Notes under the pieces: generated by a model
Told to the model about the DNA's origin: nothing
Databases searched by the model: none
What the model saw: only the letters and a program-made list of their open reading frames with translations
From: Oligoflexales bacterium
Lineage (GTDB): Bacteria > Bdellovibrionota_B > Oligoflexia > Oligoflexales > Bog-1112
Reading direction: 5' to 3'
Assembly (NCBI GenBank): GCA_045105515.1
Contig: JBGCDR010000074.1
Coordinates: forward strand, 8,827 to 72,826
DNA length: 64,000 nucleotides
Shown: in pieces, positions 8,837 to 19,508 of the stretch
How positions within the stretch are numbered: the first letter of the stretch is position 1
Layout: each line of letters starts with the position of its first letter
Program-made: the position numbers and the translations under genes

Positions 8837-9874
8837 ATGACCTTTAAAAGTGACAACGCTTGGGGAGTTAGTGGAGAAATTTTGAATGCTATGGTTGCTG
8901 CAAACGAAGGAGTTGCCAGCTCCTACGGACAAGACGAGTATTCAAAGAAGCTACATGATATATTTGCGCAAGTATTCGATACAAGGGTACGCTATTTTCT
9001 CACTACCACAGGTACCGCAGCCAATTCATTGGCAATCGCAAGCATATGCCCCTCATTTGGGATTGTTTATTGTCATCAGGAATCTCACATTAACCATGAC
9101 GAATGCTCTAGTCCTGAAATGATCAGTGGAGGAGCAAAAATATGCCCAATACCTGGAAATCATGGGAAAATTGACCCAGATACCCTTGAGAATACCATCA
9201 TTGGTCACCTAGAAATGAGGCCACATCAAGGCATGCCTGGCTGCATCAGCATCACCCAGGGCAATGAGTGTGGAACCGTTTACAGTATTAACGAAATCCA
9301 GAAAATAAGGAAAATAGCTGTTAAATATCAACTTCCTATGCATATGGATGGAGCTCGTTTTGCAAACGCACTTGTAAAACTTAATTGTCGCCCTTCAGAT
9401 ATCACGAGCCAGCTTGGTATCGATGTTATTTCATTTGGAGGTACGAAAAACGGTGCATTAGCAGCTGAAGCAGTGGTCTTTCTTAACTCAGGTCTTGGAA
9501 AGAACGCCGACTTTCTTCACAAAAAAATGGGTCAGCTAATATCAAAAACTAGGTTTTTCTCTGCTCAATTTCTAGCCTATTTAAATGAAAATTTATGGAT
9601 CAAAAATGGTGAACATGCCAACAAAATGGCAGAAAAATTAGCTGCCGTACTATGCTCTCACCCCAATATTTCTCTAAAACATCCTTGCGAGATTAATGAA
9701 ATTTTCGCTTACATTCCAAAACCGATAGCAAATCTACTCAGAGAAAAAGGTATGCAATTTTATTGTTGGTCACAGACAGAAGATTGCTACCGTTTTGTTA
9801 CTTCCTTCATGAATAAAGAATCAGAGATAGACCTTGTTGCTAAGATTCTTTCTAGTGACCAAGCAAAGCAGTGA
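8837..9874 (+). CDS. ltaE: Low-specificity L-threonine aldolase (PLP-dependent)
   Basis: FKSDN, YGQD, GTAANS, HMDGARFANA and SFGGTKNG motifs; start at ATG 8837. Confidence 0.9.
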   Translation: MTFKSDNAWGVSGEILNAMVAANEGVASSYGQDEYSKKLHDIFAQVFDTRVRYFLTTTGTAANSLAIASICPSFGIVYCHQESHINHDECSSPEMISGGAKICPIPGNHGKIDPDTLENTIIGHLEMRPHQGMPGCISITQGNECGTVYSINEIQKIRKIAVKYQLPMHMDGARFANALVKLNCRPSDITSQLGIDVISFGGTKNGALAAEAVVFLNSGLGKNADFLHKKMGQLISKTRFFSAQFLAYLNENLWIKNGEHANKMAEKLAAVLCSHPNISLKHPCEINEIFAYIPKPIANLLREKGMQFYCWSQTEDCYRFVTSFMNKESEIDLVAKILSSDQAKQ

Positions 9875-10054
9875 TTTAGTTTTTTCCTTCAAATAAAATA
9901 TTACTAAATCTTCAAAATAATTGATTGGGTAAGGTGTGTGAATGATAAGTACAATATTTAGATTGTAGTTATAGTATGCTTCAGTTATAAGCTAGCAATC
10001 GCCTTGGCCATACATAGGTATTTCAGCATCTCAAATTTCTTAGAAGAGACCAGC

Positions 10055-12949
10055 ATGTGGGTAACTAAACAAACAGTTATTAGCCGTTCAGAACCAGAGC
10101 TTGGACTTGGTGCTATCACTCGTGTTGATCAAGAAGAAGGTATTCTTGAAGCCCTTTTCATTCAATCTGGTGAATCTCGACGCTACTCTGCAGTCACAGC
10201 TCCAATCCAGAGGTTTAGCCTGCAAGTTGGTGAAGAGTTCAAACTTCCGGAAGGTCAAACTCTCAAGGTCGAAGCTGTAAAAACAATTGGAAATTATTTC
10301 CAATATTCAAGCGGAAATTGTACTTATTGGGAGTATGATATTGAGGCCTGCCCAACTGATCATGCTGGTGTGATGGAAACGCTCTTGGGTGGCGAATGGA
10401 GTCACTATAAGACGTATGATCTTAGAAAGGAGGCGTGGGAACTCAGAGGAAAAGCAGGAAGCCAAATAGTAAGAGGTTTGGTAGGAGCGAGAGTTAGCCC
10501 ACTAGCTCATCAACTTTATATTGCCCATCAGGTATCCCGACGACCTTTTCCGCGAGTACTACTTGCTGACGAAGTTGGACTAGGAAAAACGATCGAAGCA
10601 GGGCTCATTTATTCTGCGATGAAAGCACTTGGAAGAGCTGAACGAGTACTAATAGTGACTCCGGAATCATTGACCCATCAATGGATGGCAGAAATTTTCC
10701 GTCGTTTCGGAGATATGTTTTCCGTTCTAAATGCCAAAAGATGTGACGAAGAACAAGCTTCTCAAGGTTTGTCACCTTTCCAGCTTAACCAACGTGCCCT
10801 CGTATCCATGGACTTCTTAATAAATAATCCTGATCGACTTTCTGAAGCATGCAATTCCACATGGGACCTAATTATTATTGACGAAGCCCACCACCTAGAT
10901 TGGGACGAAGAAGAACCAAATGCAAACTGGCTTGTGGCAAAAAATCTCAGCAAAGCAGCTCGAGCTTTGTTATTACTGACAGCAACACCGAGACAACATG
11001 GGCTTACTACCCAGTTTGGCCTACTAAATTTAGTTGACCCCGATCGTTATTCAGACTTTGATGAGTTTTTAGATGAATCTGATAATATGCGTGAAACTGC
11101 CGAAATAGCAAAATCATTAGTTAAAGAACAATGGTCTGATAACCTTTACGAAAAATTGAATCAGGTATTCTCTCAAGACTTGGAATTTTTAAAGAATCTA
11201 GATAAACAACATCAAAGCAATAATATAGATTTCGAATCTTTAGTCCAAAACCTAGTTGATCGTCATGGTACAGGAAGGGTTTTGTTTAGAAATAGACGTG
11301 AACGTTTAAAAGGCTTTCCTAAGCGGGTTCTGAATTCAATTGAGCTTGTACCTAGCAAATCATATGAACTGCACCTTAGTCAACAAAACCCTGATGAAGT
11401 ATCTGACCTTTATTTGATGGACTATGCAACTGGCCGTGGACTTAAGCGTAGTTTCAATGACATACCTTCGGAAAATCCTAGATTATTATGGCTAAAGGAC
11501 TTCATCAATGGACTTGGTGAAGAAAAAGCTTTGGTCATTTGTGCAAATAAAGAAAAAGTTCAAGAGACTCAAAACTATCTTGATAACCTTGCAATACAAA
11601 AAGGAAAAAGTTCACGCATAGCAGTCTTTCACGAAGAGCTGAGTATCATAGAAAGAGACCGAGAAGCGGCAAATTTTGCCGACCCGAAGGGGGCTAAATT
11701 ACTAATAAGTAGTGAAATTGGAGGGGAAGGGCGCAACTTTCAGTTTGCTAGTAAATTGGTCTTACTTGACCTACCTAGGCTCCCTGACCTATTGGAGCAA
11801 CGTATAGGGAGGCTTGATCGAATTGGTCAAAGAAAAGCAGTGGAGATATATGTACCTTGGCTTAGAAACACCCCCGAAGAGGTATTGTTCAATTGGTACC
11901 ATCAAGGGTTGAACAGTTTCGAAGTTTCATGGAACGGAGCAGACTCCTTGCTAGAAGTGTTTGTTGAGGACTTATTATTTCTTTTTCGTGCATACCTACC
12001 AACTCACCCCGAACATAAGCAACGTGGGCAATACCTAAGCATCCTCTTGAAACGCACAAAAAAGCAAACCAATCAGCTCAAGCAAGAAAGAGCCGATAGT
12101 ATTGATATCCTATTGGACCTAAATTCTTTTGATCCAAAAAAAGGTGAAAAACTACTCGAATTGGTTGAAGATGTAGACGATGACCCTCAGCTAGAGTTCT
12201 TTATGAGAGCAATGTTTGAGCACTATGGGATCGACTACGAAGAATTTGATGACCGAGGATCCTTGGTAGTCAGAGCTGAATCATTAAGCTTTATAGACCG
12301 CTTCCCTGGAATTGCCGATGATAAAGATACCCTACTGACTTTCGATCGAGATGTTGCATTGGAGCGAGAAGATATTCTTTTTCTTAGCTTGGATCACCCT
12401 ATGGTAGAAAGTTGTTTAAGTCTATTACTTGATAGGGGTGAAGGGGTAAGTAGTATTTGCAAATGGCCAGAGTCACCACTAGGAACAGGTATGATTATGG
12501 AGGTGTCTTTGATTCTAGAAGCAGTAGGAGCGAGACACTTGGAACTCGGTTCGTACCTTCCTCTTGCCGTCAAAGAGTTTTGCCTCGACCATCAAGGAAA
12601 ACCAATAAAGCATCAGCAATACAAAAATGAAAGTCACCAAATTTCAGAAATGGGTGAGGAAGAACTTCAATTTGATCGAGCTCAAATGCGTTCTGCAATT
12701 CAACCTCTGCTTGAAAAAATATTAAATCATGCTGAAGGGTGGGCTGATAAACTAAAGGAAGAAGCTATAAAAAATGCAGAAACTGGACTGAGTTTAGAGT
12801 CTGAGAGGCTTGAGTACTTATCAAAAATTAATCCTAATATCTCAAACCAAGAAATCGATATCTTAAAACAATATAAGCAAGAAGTAATTAGACATATAAA
12901 ATCTGCTTCGGTACGACTCGATAGTCTTAGACTAATTTTTACATTCTAA
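10055..12949 (+). CDS. rapA: RNA polymerase-associated Swi2/Snf2 ATPase RapA/HepA
   Basis: N-terminal SRSEPELGLG; HQLYIA..RVLLADEVGLGKTIEAG, DEAHHL, SEIGGEGRNFQFA and LEQRIGRLDRIGQ; start at ATG 10055. Confidence 0.93.
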   Translation: MWVTKQTVISRSEPELGLGAITRVDQEEGILEALFIQSGESRRYSAVTAPIQRFSLQVGEEFKLPEGQTLKVEAVKTIGNYFQYSSGNCTYWEYDIEACPTDHAGVMETLLGGEWSHYKTYDLRKEAWELRGKAGSQIVRGLVGARVSPLAHQLYIAHQVSRRPFPRVLLADEVGLGKTIEAGLIYSAMKALGRAERVLIVTPESLTHQWMAEIFRRFGDMFSVLNAKRCDEEQASQGLSPFQLNQRALVSMDFLINNPDRLSEACNSTWDLIIIDEAHHLDWDEEEPNANWLVAKNLSKAARALLLLTATPRQHGLTTQFGLLNLVDPDRYSDFDEFLDESDNMRETAEIAKSLVKEQWSDNLYEKLNQVFSQDLEFLKNLDKQHQSNNIDFESLVQNLVDRHGTGRVLFRNRRERLKGFPKRVLNSIELVPSKSYELHLSQQNPDEVSDLYLMDYATGRGLKRSFNDIPSENPRLLWLKDFINGLGEEKALVICANKEKVQETQNYLDNLAIQKGKSSRIAVFHEELSIIERDREAANFADPKGAKLLISSEIGGEGRNFQFASKLVLLDLPRLPDLLEQRIGRLDRIGQRKAVEIYVPWLRNTPEEVLFNWYHQGLNSFEVSWNGADSLLEVFVEDLLFLFRAYLPTHPEHKQRGQYLSILLKRTKKQTNQLKQERADSIDILLDLNSFDPKKGEKLLELVEDVDDDPQLEFFMRAMFEHYGIDYEEFDDRGSLVVRAESLSFIDRFPGIADDKDTLLTFDRDVALEREDILFLSLDHPMVESCLSLLLDRGEGVSSICKWPESPLGTGMIMEVSLILEAVGARHLELGSYLPLAVKEFCLDHQGKPIKHQQYKNESHQISEMGEEELQFDRAQMRSAIQPLLEKILNHAEGWADKLKEEAIKNAETGLSLESERLEYLSKINPNISNQEIDILKQYKQEVIRHIKSASVRLDSLRLIFTF

Positions 12950-12985
12950 TAATAGTAAAAATAAATTCTTAGCATATTTATATAA

Positions 12986-13411
12986 CTAAATTAAACATCT
13001 GTTTTCCTGAACAAGATCTTCTGGAGGCCGGAAAAAAAAGACTGGTACCTTTACCCAGAATAAACCTCTTTGCTCTCCTTTCATTTGGTATCGACCTCTC
13101 ATATTCCCATATGGAGTCTGTAGTGGGCAAAAGCTCGCGTACTTAAAGGACTCTTTGGGTAATATGCATGGCTGCTTACCGACCACACCTTCCCCTTCCA
13201 CTCGATCTTCATGCCCGATCCCATTTTTTATAATCCAATACCGACGCAATAGATGAACAGGAGCACTACTCAAATTGGTTATGGTAATAGCATATGCATA
13301 GAAATAAACCTTATGAGCAGGAAGTGAACGTTCAGGCACGTAAAACGGCTGAATCTCAATACTCATACCGTTATTGGATTCGTTATATTTTATGAGATTA
13401 TGCTGCTGCAC
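12986..13411 (-). CDS. apaG: ApaG protein
   Basis: YAYAITITN, LLRRYWII, GEGVVGKQP and TPYGNMRG motifs. Confidence 0.93.
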   Translation of the reverse strand: MQQHNLIKYNESNNGMSIEIQPFYVPERSLPAHKVYFYAYAITITNLSSAPVHLLRRYWIIKNGIGHEDRVEGEGVVGKQPCILPKESFKYASFCPLQTPYGNMRGRYQMKGEQRGLFWVKVPVFFFRPPEDLVQENRCLI

Positions 13412-13651
13412 AATAAAATTCCCAACTTTTCCAAAAAGGTATCTTTGACTTTACACTAATCTCTTACATATCTCCCATTATACTCAATCCTTTCAACGAA
13501 TTCAGCAGAGAATTCGTTGAAGTCATAGTTCTGTAAAATAATTTACGATCCTAAGAGCCACTATGACAATAAATTTGTGCTACTTTACTGCACCAGAATC
13601 AATCAGATGATCTTAAGTTTACTCAAAGAAGGGAAGGCGGACCAATCGTGA

Positions 13652-14092
13652 CTATTGCTCAGTTAGAAGACCAACAAATTCCATTTTATTCAATTCTATC
13701 CCTACCTCCGCGAACAGTTCCCTTGCAGAAGAATTTCGGTAATCATGTAAGTAGTTTACTCTTTTGACATTACCGAGGTTGATCAAACGTTTTGCACAAT
13801 AAATACAGGGATGATGAGTAACAAAAACAAATTTTTCAACATAACGCGGACTATCGCAATTTATGGCAGCATTTTCCTCGGAATGGAGGCATCCACATTG
13901 CCCAGGAATCTGGGTATCACATTGATTTGCTAGGCCACTGGCATTCCCGTTATAGCCAACGGCTAAAACTTTTCTAAAGTCTATGGTTGTTATGATAGTA
14001 CCCACTTGCAAACGCTTACAGGTAGATCTTAGCGCCATAGTCATAGCAAGTTTCATATAGATTGTTTCAAAACTTGGGCGCTCGCATTTCAT
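13652..14092 (-). CDS. dCMP deaminase / ComEB-family deaminase
   Basis: RSTC.R.QVG, GYNG, HSEENA and PCIYC zinc motifs; start overlaps the ribD stop (ATGA). Confidence 0.88.
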   Translation of the reverse strand: MKCERPSFETIYMKLAMTMALRSTCKRLQVGTIITTIDFRKVLAVGYNGNASGLANQCDTQIPGQCGCLHSEENAAINCDSPRYVEKFVFVTHHPCIYCAKRLINLGNVKRVNYLHDYRNSSARELFAEVGIELNKMEFVGLLTEQ

Positions 14093-15339
14093 AAAACCTC
14101 CCCAGGGTACTTTAAGTCCGCCTCAATAAGCCAATCTGAAGTCATTGGTGAAATCCTTTTTCGAACCAACTTTGTGCCCTCAATGGGACTCAAACAATCA
14201 TCCCATCTATGGTAATTTTCTCCTCCCAAAATGGTGCTTGCATGAAAAGCATGCAAGCTCTGCACTAGTTGCTGACTCAAGAAGCTTGACCAAACATGAC
14301 GCCCACCTTCGAGTAAAAGACTATGAATACCTAGGTCATAAAGGCTTACCAACAGTGTCTTCAGGTCTAAACCTAGGTGATCACATTCGAGTTGGATGAG
14401 ACTAGCACCAACTTGTTCGAGTTGTTTCTGTATCACTTCAAACTTTTTCTCGTTAAGTCCCTTTTTAACAACCCAATAAACTCTGTCACTAGAAGTTAAG
14501 GAAGTCAGTAAGCGATGCTTTGATAAGCACCTTGAAAGCAGAGCTCTTCCGTTTGGATCCAAAATGACTTTCGCCACCGGACTCGGGGAAAAAATCTCAG
14601 TATGCCGAACTGAAAGAGACGGATTATCCACGATCACAGTCTCAGCACCAATCAAGATCCCCTCATAAAAATGTCTTAGCCAGTGGCCATATTGGCGAGA
14701 CCTTTCTCCGGTAATCCAAAAACGTTCTGTACTATCTTTGCCTACCTTCCCATCAAAAGACATAGCCATCTTTAAAGCAACATAAGGCTTTGCATTAATT
14801 AAAGACCATGAAAAGTGTTTTATAAGTCTCGCTGACTCTTTGGTAAATCGGGAATCCTGTTCACATACAACTCCAGCTTCTTTTAAGATTCTTAATCCAC
14901 GCCCATTTACCTTGATGTTAGGATCCATTTGCCCATATATGAGCTTTTTTATAGGCATGCTGCTGAGCAATTTTGCACAAGATGGCGTCTTGCCATGAAA
15001 AGAACAAGGTTCCAAAGTACAATATAGGGTTGCTCCAGCTAAATGGGAAATTAACCCATTGTCCTCAATAAACTTAATCAGGTTAGCTTCAGCATGTGCT
15101 TGGCCAAACTGCAAATGAGCACCTAATCCAATGAATTTATGATCTTTATCAACTGCCACAACCCCAACTAATGGGTTGCTTGCCACACGTCCGGCTCCTT
15201 GTAGAGCACTGGAGCAAGCAAGCGTGAAGCATTCTTCAGGCTTAAGCTCTTCTCCCAAAGATGGCGGCCTCTTAGTGCTATTGATAAACTTTTCATCGTC
15301 GCAAACTGGAACCCACTCCACCTCTAACCTCCCACACAT
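14089..15339 (-). CDS. ribD: Riboflavin biosynthesis bifunctional deaminase/reductase RibD
   Basis: NPLVG, HAE, LEPCSFHGKTPSC, WITG, DNPSL and LLLEGG motifs; probable ATG 15339 (ORF open to 15378). Confidence 0.92.
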   Translation of the reverse strand: MCGRLEVEWVPVCDDEKFINSTKRPPSLGEELKPEECFTLACSSALQGAGRVASNPLVGVVAVDKDHKFIGLGAHLQFGQAHAEANLIKFIEDNGLISHLAGATLYCTLEPCSFHGKTPSCAKLLSSMPIKKLIYGQMDPNIKVNGRGLRILKEAGVVCEQDSRFTKESARLIKHFSWSLINAKPYVALKMAMSFDGKVGKDSTERFWITGERSRQYGHWLRHFYEGILIGAETVIVDNPSLSVRHTEIFSPSPVAKVILDPNGRALLSRCLSKHRLLTSLTSSDRVYWVVKKGLNEKKFEVIQKQLEQVGASLIQLECDHLGLDLKTLLVSLYDLGIHSLLLEGGRHVWSSFLSQQLVQSLHAFHASTILGGENYHRWDDCLSPIEGTKLVRKRISPMTSDWLIEADLKYPGEVL

Positions 15340-15445
15340 ATTCGACCCACCATATAATATGAAAAAGTCAAATTTCACACGAAAAAATTAAATTCAATAT
15401 GTACAGATCAGACGGGGAGCACTAGCTGGTCAAAAAAAGATGTGT

Positions 15446-16762
15446 TTAGGGTGTCAGAACCAATTTTATAAATGCCTTCTTAAGCTTCAGTAAGAGCTCA
15501 TCAGCCTCAGAAAAACTAAGATTAAGAGGAGGAGCTATCCTTACTACATGCCCCCACAAGCCACCTTTTCCTAAAAGGAGCCCTTCACCTTTGCAGAGCT
15601 CAAGAAGCTGTTTGCAAACATCGGTAGCCGGCTCTTTTGATAAGGGATCTTTTACAAGTTCAAAGCCAAGTAAAAGCCCTCTTCCTCTGACATCGCCAAT
15701 GATGGGAAACTGCTCTTGCAGATCTAGTAGACCTGCCTTAAGTCGGGCACCAACATTCTCCGCATTTTGCATCAGCTTTTCTTCTTCGATGATATCTACC
15801 ACCATTGCAGCCTGCATACTTTGATAAGGATCTCCGCCAAAGGTGCTGAAATGATGCTTGCCATTTAACTCATTTGCAAGACTTCGGTCAGCAATAACAG
15901 CGCCAATAGGAGCACCACTCCCTAAGCCCTTAGCCATTGTTACGATGTCAGGTACCACGCCACTTTGCTCAATTGCAAAAAAACTTTCTCCCGTTCTCCC
16001 AACCCCTGTTTGCACTTCATCAGAAATGTAAATCCCACCAAAACTTTTTATAATATCGAATACTTTAGCATGGTATTCACGCGGCGGATCAATGAAACCC
16101 CCAACTCCAAGGATCGGCTCTACAATGATCCCTGCCACCTTGCCACTAGTAACTGTTTCCACAACACTACGTACATCCTTGGAACATTCTAAATCACAAG
16201 TCTTGTTATTAGCTCCAAATGGGCAACGATAACAATATGGTGCTACAGCATGAGCAACACCTCCCCCCCCTTGATGGGGATACTTCCAGCTGGCATTACC
16301 ACATAAACCCAAAGTAGCGTTTGTACCGCCATGATAGGAGTGGCGAAGCGCGATCATCATCTGCTCCCCAGTAGCAACTCGGGCAGTTAAAACAGCCATT
16401 TCATTGGCTTCAGATCCTGAATTAGTGATGTAGCAGCTTCGGGGCAAGCCGGGTGCAAGTTTAGCAAGTTTCTCTGCTAATCCTTCCATATATAGGGATA
16501 AGTATAAGTGGCTAGTGTGCTGGATTTCATCTTCCGCAAGCATAGATAGTATTTTTTGTTTTATTTTAGGGTGATTATGCCCAACAGAAATGCACACAAT
16601 CCCCCCGATGGCATCAAGGTATTCCTGTCCATCTTGGTCCCAAACGCGCGTACCTTTGCCTCGAACTAAGCTAAGCGGTCTATTATATAGCGCTACTTTT
16701 GTTGGATAAACATAGGTCTTTCGTAATTCTTCTAAGTGGCATCGTAAATCTGTATCACGCAT
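15446..16762 (-). CDS. Class III PLP aminotransferase (AGXT2 / beta-alanine aminotransferase-like)
   Basis: NSGSEANE, YHG, DEVQTGVGRTG and MAKGLG motifs; ATG 16762 after GGAGG. Confidence 0.88.
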   Translation of the reverse strand: MRDTDLRCHLEELRKTYVYPTKVALYNRPLSLVRGKGTRVWDQDGQEYLDAIGGIVCISVGHNHPKIKQKILSMLAEDEIQHTSHLYLSLYMEGLAEKLAKLAPGLPRSCYITNSGSEANEMAVLTARVATGEQMMIALRHSYHGGTNATLGLCGNASWKYPHQGGGGVAHAVAPYCYRCPFGANNKTCDLECSKDVRSVVETVTSGKVAGIIVEPILGVGGFIDPPREYHAKVFDIIKSFGGIYISDEVQTGVGRTGESFFAIEQSGVVPDIVTMAKGLGSGAPIGAVIADRSLANELNGKHHFSTFGGDPYQSMQAAMVVDIIEEEKLMQNAENVGARLKAGLLDLQEQFPIIGDVRGRGLLLGFELVKDPLSKEPATDVCKQLLELCKGEGLLLGKGGLWGHVVRIAPPLNLSFSEADELLLKLKKAFIKLVLTP

Positions 16763-16833
16763 GCATCCCTCCATGTATGCGGTTGCTTTATTCTTTTCAT
16801 GGCAAGTTCAACACAGGTAAGTCAACAACTAAA

Positions 16834-17811
16834 TCAGAACGAAAGTAGCAATGGGGGTAGAGTAAGCATCGGTTTTACACTTTGTTTAGGATCAATTTTT
16901 TCGAAGTTATAGCTGACTGCTAGGGCAACCACATCCCACCAAGCATGGATAAAGGTCGCTTCACCTATAGTCCAATCATTATCTTGGCTAACAACACCAA
17001 AGTGAAAGCCTAGCAGCGCTTGGGCTATGGGAATCGGGACCGAGCTAGCATGAGCAAGAGCAAAAATACCAGCAGATGCAACATTCGACCATAACTCACT
17101 ATTCATAGATTCCATGAATACTGGCATCATCCAACCTCTAAAGAATGCTTCCTCCCAAACACCAGCATTATAAGAGGTTGCTCCTACGTAAACAGCATCC
17201 TCAGAGGTAAACACTGACTTTCTTAGATTGCTTTCAGCGATTGCCTCGTCACTACTTGCTAGAACAAGTGCAGCATAAGCTCCTATAATTCCCAAAGGAA
17301 TATATGTTGTAGATCTCTTTAAATATTCAAACCGGAACGGAGCTGTCATGATTTCTGAAACTTTTTCCTCTTTTGTTAGAAATAGATACTCTCCATGAAC
17401 TTGTCTGGACTTAACAGCACTACGAAAACTCTGGTATGCGCTAAGCCCTCCCATTAAATCTCTTGTTTGGGACCCTAAGCGGATTTTTCTCACAACTGAA
17501 TCTTTGCTTTGCAGGTCAGTCAATTTTTCATTAATTTCATCCTCACTATAGCCAGATCTTTGCAATTCATTGGTGTGTTGAAGCGAATAGCTCAAGGAAC
17601 CTACGGCAACCCCACTGTAAACGAACCCAGCTCCATAGTCCCCTTCAACCCACTGCCCAAAACCAGGGAACAGGTACGACAAAAAAGGCACCAACACATC
17701 TGACTTGCGCTCCGGATGGTGTTGCAACTTGTCTTTACCCTGTGCCAAACTACTGGACAAAGATAGATAGAATAGTAGAAGAATTTTTCCTAGCAATGAA
17801 CTATTTCTCAT
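16834..17811 (-). CDS. CPBP (CAAX/Abi) intramembrane metalloprotease
   Basis: WEEAFFRG, FALAH and HAWWD motifs; signal-like N-terminus. Confidence 0.85.
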   Translation of the reverse strand: MRNSSLLGKILLLFYLSLSSSLAQGKDKLQHHPERKSDVLVPFLSYLFPGFGQWVEGDYGAGFVYSGVAVGSLSYSLQHTNELQRSGYSEDEINEKLTDLQSKDSVVRKIRLGSQTRDLMGGLSAYQSFRSAVKSRQVHGEYLFLTKEEKVSEIMTAPFRFEYLKRSTTYIPLGIIGAYAALVLASSDEAIAESNLRKSVFTSEDAVYVGATSYNAGVWEEAFFRGWMMPVFMESMNSELWSNVASAGIFALAHASSVPIPIAQALLGFHFGVVSQDNDWTIGEATFIHAWWDVVALAVSYNFEKIDPKQSVKPMLTLPPLLLSF

Positions 17812-18034
17812 AAGTCAATTCCAACTATTTAAATTTAGTGATTCAGTCACTCATCGGCCATGCCTTGAAATTGATTACCCTATACAAGCAAAAAAATGAT
17901 TAGCTGAGCAGAATAGTTTTAATATGAACTCTAAGAAATTTGTGATTAGGCATAGACATTTCATCAAACATGTTTAGACAGAATAGACAATTGAAATAAT
18001 AAGCTCTTAGAATAATTGGAAAGTGGGGTATAAC

Positions 18035-18072
18035 CAAAAAGAGCACCCGCCCATAAGGCTGTGCTCTTTTTG
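18035..18072. terminator. Bidirectional intrinsic terminator-like hairpin
   Basis: CAAAAAGAGCAC / GTGCTCTTTTTG perfect 12-bp inverted repeat with A and T tracts, downstream of the LysM gene. Confidence 0.75.
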
Positions 18073-18545
18073 TTATCTGCTTTTTTTCCTTAGAAACAGC
18101 AGATGCTATGTCTTGACTAGGAAAATATATTACTTAGGTGAGGAGTTTAAAGTTTCTATTTGGAGCTCCAGCTGAAATTAAATTCACAACTAGGAATTTT
18201 ATATCAGCTCAGACCTCTCATTAACTTCTATCAGTCACCCTAATAGTTCTTCCGCATATGGTTTTACAAACCATCAATTCGAATCCACAACTTTAATTTT
18301 AGCTTTAAAATTCAAGTCTTTCGAACTCATTTCTCTCACTCTCAAGGGTTTTTCTTTTTTTGTGGTTAAAACAGTTTTCATTTATTTTTACTCACATATA
18401 ACCCAGTTCTGTAGATAAATCTTACACATCCCATTCAACTAAATCTGCTGCAAAGCTAAATTCATCATTCCACAATTCTGCTTTGATCAACTCATGTGCG
18501 CTACCTTGCACACTTTCAGTTCCTTGGTTAGCTACAAGCTCTGCT

Positions 18546-19508
18546 TCAAGCGCTGTCATCTTGCACCATGGAATTATTTCCAAAATTGTCATTTTTAAGA
18601 GCTGCTAATGTAGTTTTGGACATCACATATAACTTTGTGCCTGCCTCAATTTTATTTGGATCCATAATTTGGCCATTCTGCCTCCAAATAGATTTCCATG
18701 TTTCCGGATCTCCGTAAGTCTTACTTGCAATAGTTCTTAGTGTTTCTCCTTTTTCAACTGTAATTTCCTCTTTCTCAAGATTTTCATAATCGCTTGCAAA
18801 AGCAACTGCCTCAGATGTGAGTTGGTAATAAACCACATCTCCAGGAAAGATCATACTTGGGTTTTCAATCCCTGAATTGCTAGCAAGTTCTCTCCACTTA
18901 CCTGAGCTTCCATAAATCCGATTAGAGATTTTACCAAGGGTATCACCTCTTACAACAATGTAAGCTAGCTTTGAACCTAGTTCAGGCAAGCCAGGTCCAG
19001 CTGCTGTCCCTGCACTCCCAGTTACAACTCCTCCTCCACCTGAGCTTGGAGCGGAGCTGAATCCTCCATCCGAATAAGCCTGATTTGATTCAAGGTCGCC
19101 TGCCTGATCGAAAGCACCACCAATGTTACCTGTCGCAACATTACCACCACTTTCATCATTTAACTGGTTCATTTCATTGATGATGTTAGCTAGATCATTG
19201 TCCCCGCCTTCACCATAGTTGCCTTCCTGACCGCCTTCATTTCCCAGAAGATTATTGCCCCCATCAAGACCTTGCAAATCTCCCTGTTGGACCAACTGAC
19301 TATTGTCATATTCACCCTCTCCCTGCTCATTTTCCTCTTGATAGTCCTCTTGCCCCTCTTGTTGGTCTATGTCTTCTTGGTCCTGCTCTCCATACTCTGA
19401 GCTTTCAAGACCTTCTTGATCCTGTTGCTGACTAGAGCACGAAACAGCCATCAACCCAAACAAGAGCAGGCTCATGACCCAAAAGCCACGTAGCCTTCTT
19501 AGCCTCAT
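18546..19508 (-). CDS. LysM-domain lipoprotein with an acidic low-complexity linker
   Basis: Lipobox AVSC; Q/E/G/N-rich tract; two LysM repeats (YIVVRGDTLGKIS..IYG; ITVEKGETLRTIA..TYG); SD AAGGAGG. Confidence 0.88.
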   Translation of the reverse strand: MRLRRLRGFWVMSLLLFGLMAVSCSSQQQDQEGLESSEYGEQDQEDIDQQEGQEDYQEENEQGEGEYDNSQLVQQGDLQGLDGGNNLLGNEGGQEGNYGEGGDNDLANIINEMNQLNDESGGNVATGNIGGAFDQAGDLESNQAYSDGGFSSAPSSGGGGVVTGSAGTAAGPGLPELGSKLAYIVVRGDTLGKISNRIYGSSGKWRELASNSGIENPSMIFPGDVVYYQLTSEAVAFASDYENLEKEEITVEKGETLRTIASKTYGDPETWKSIWRQNGQIMDPNKIEAGTKLYVMSKTTLAALKNDNFGNNSMVQDDSA

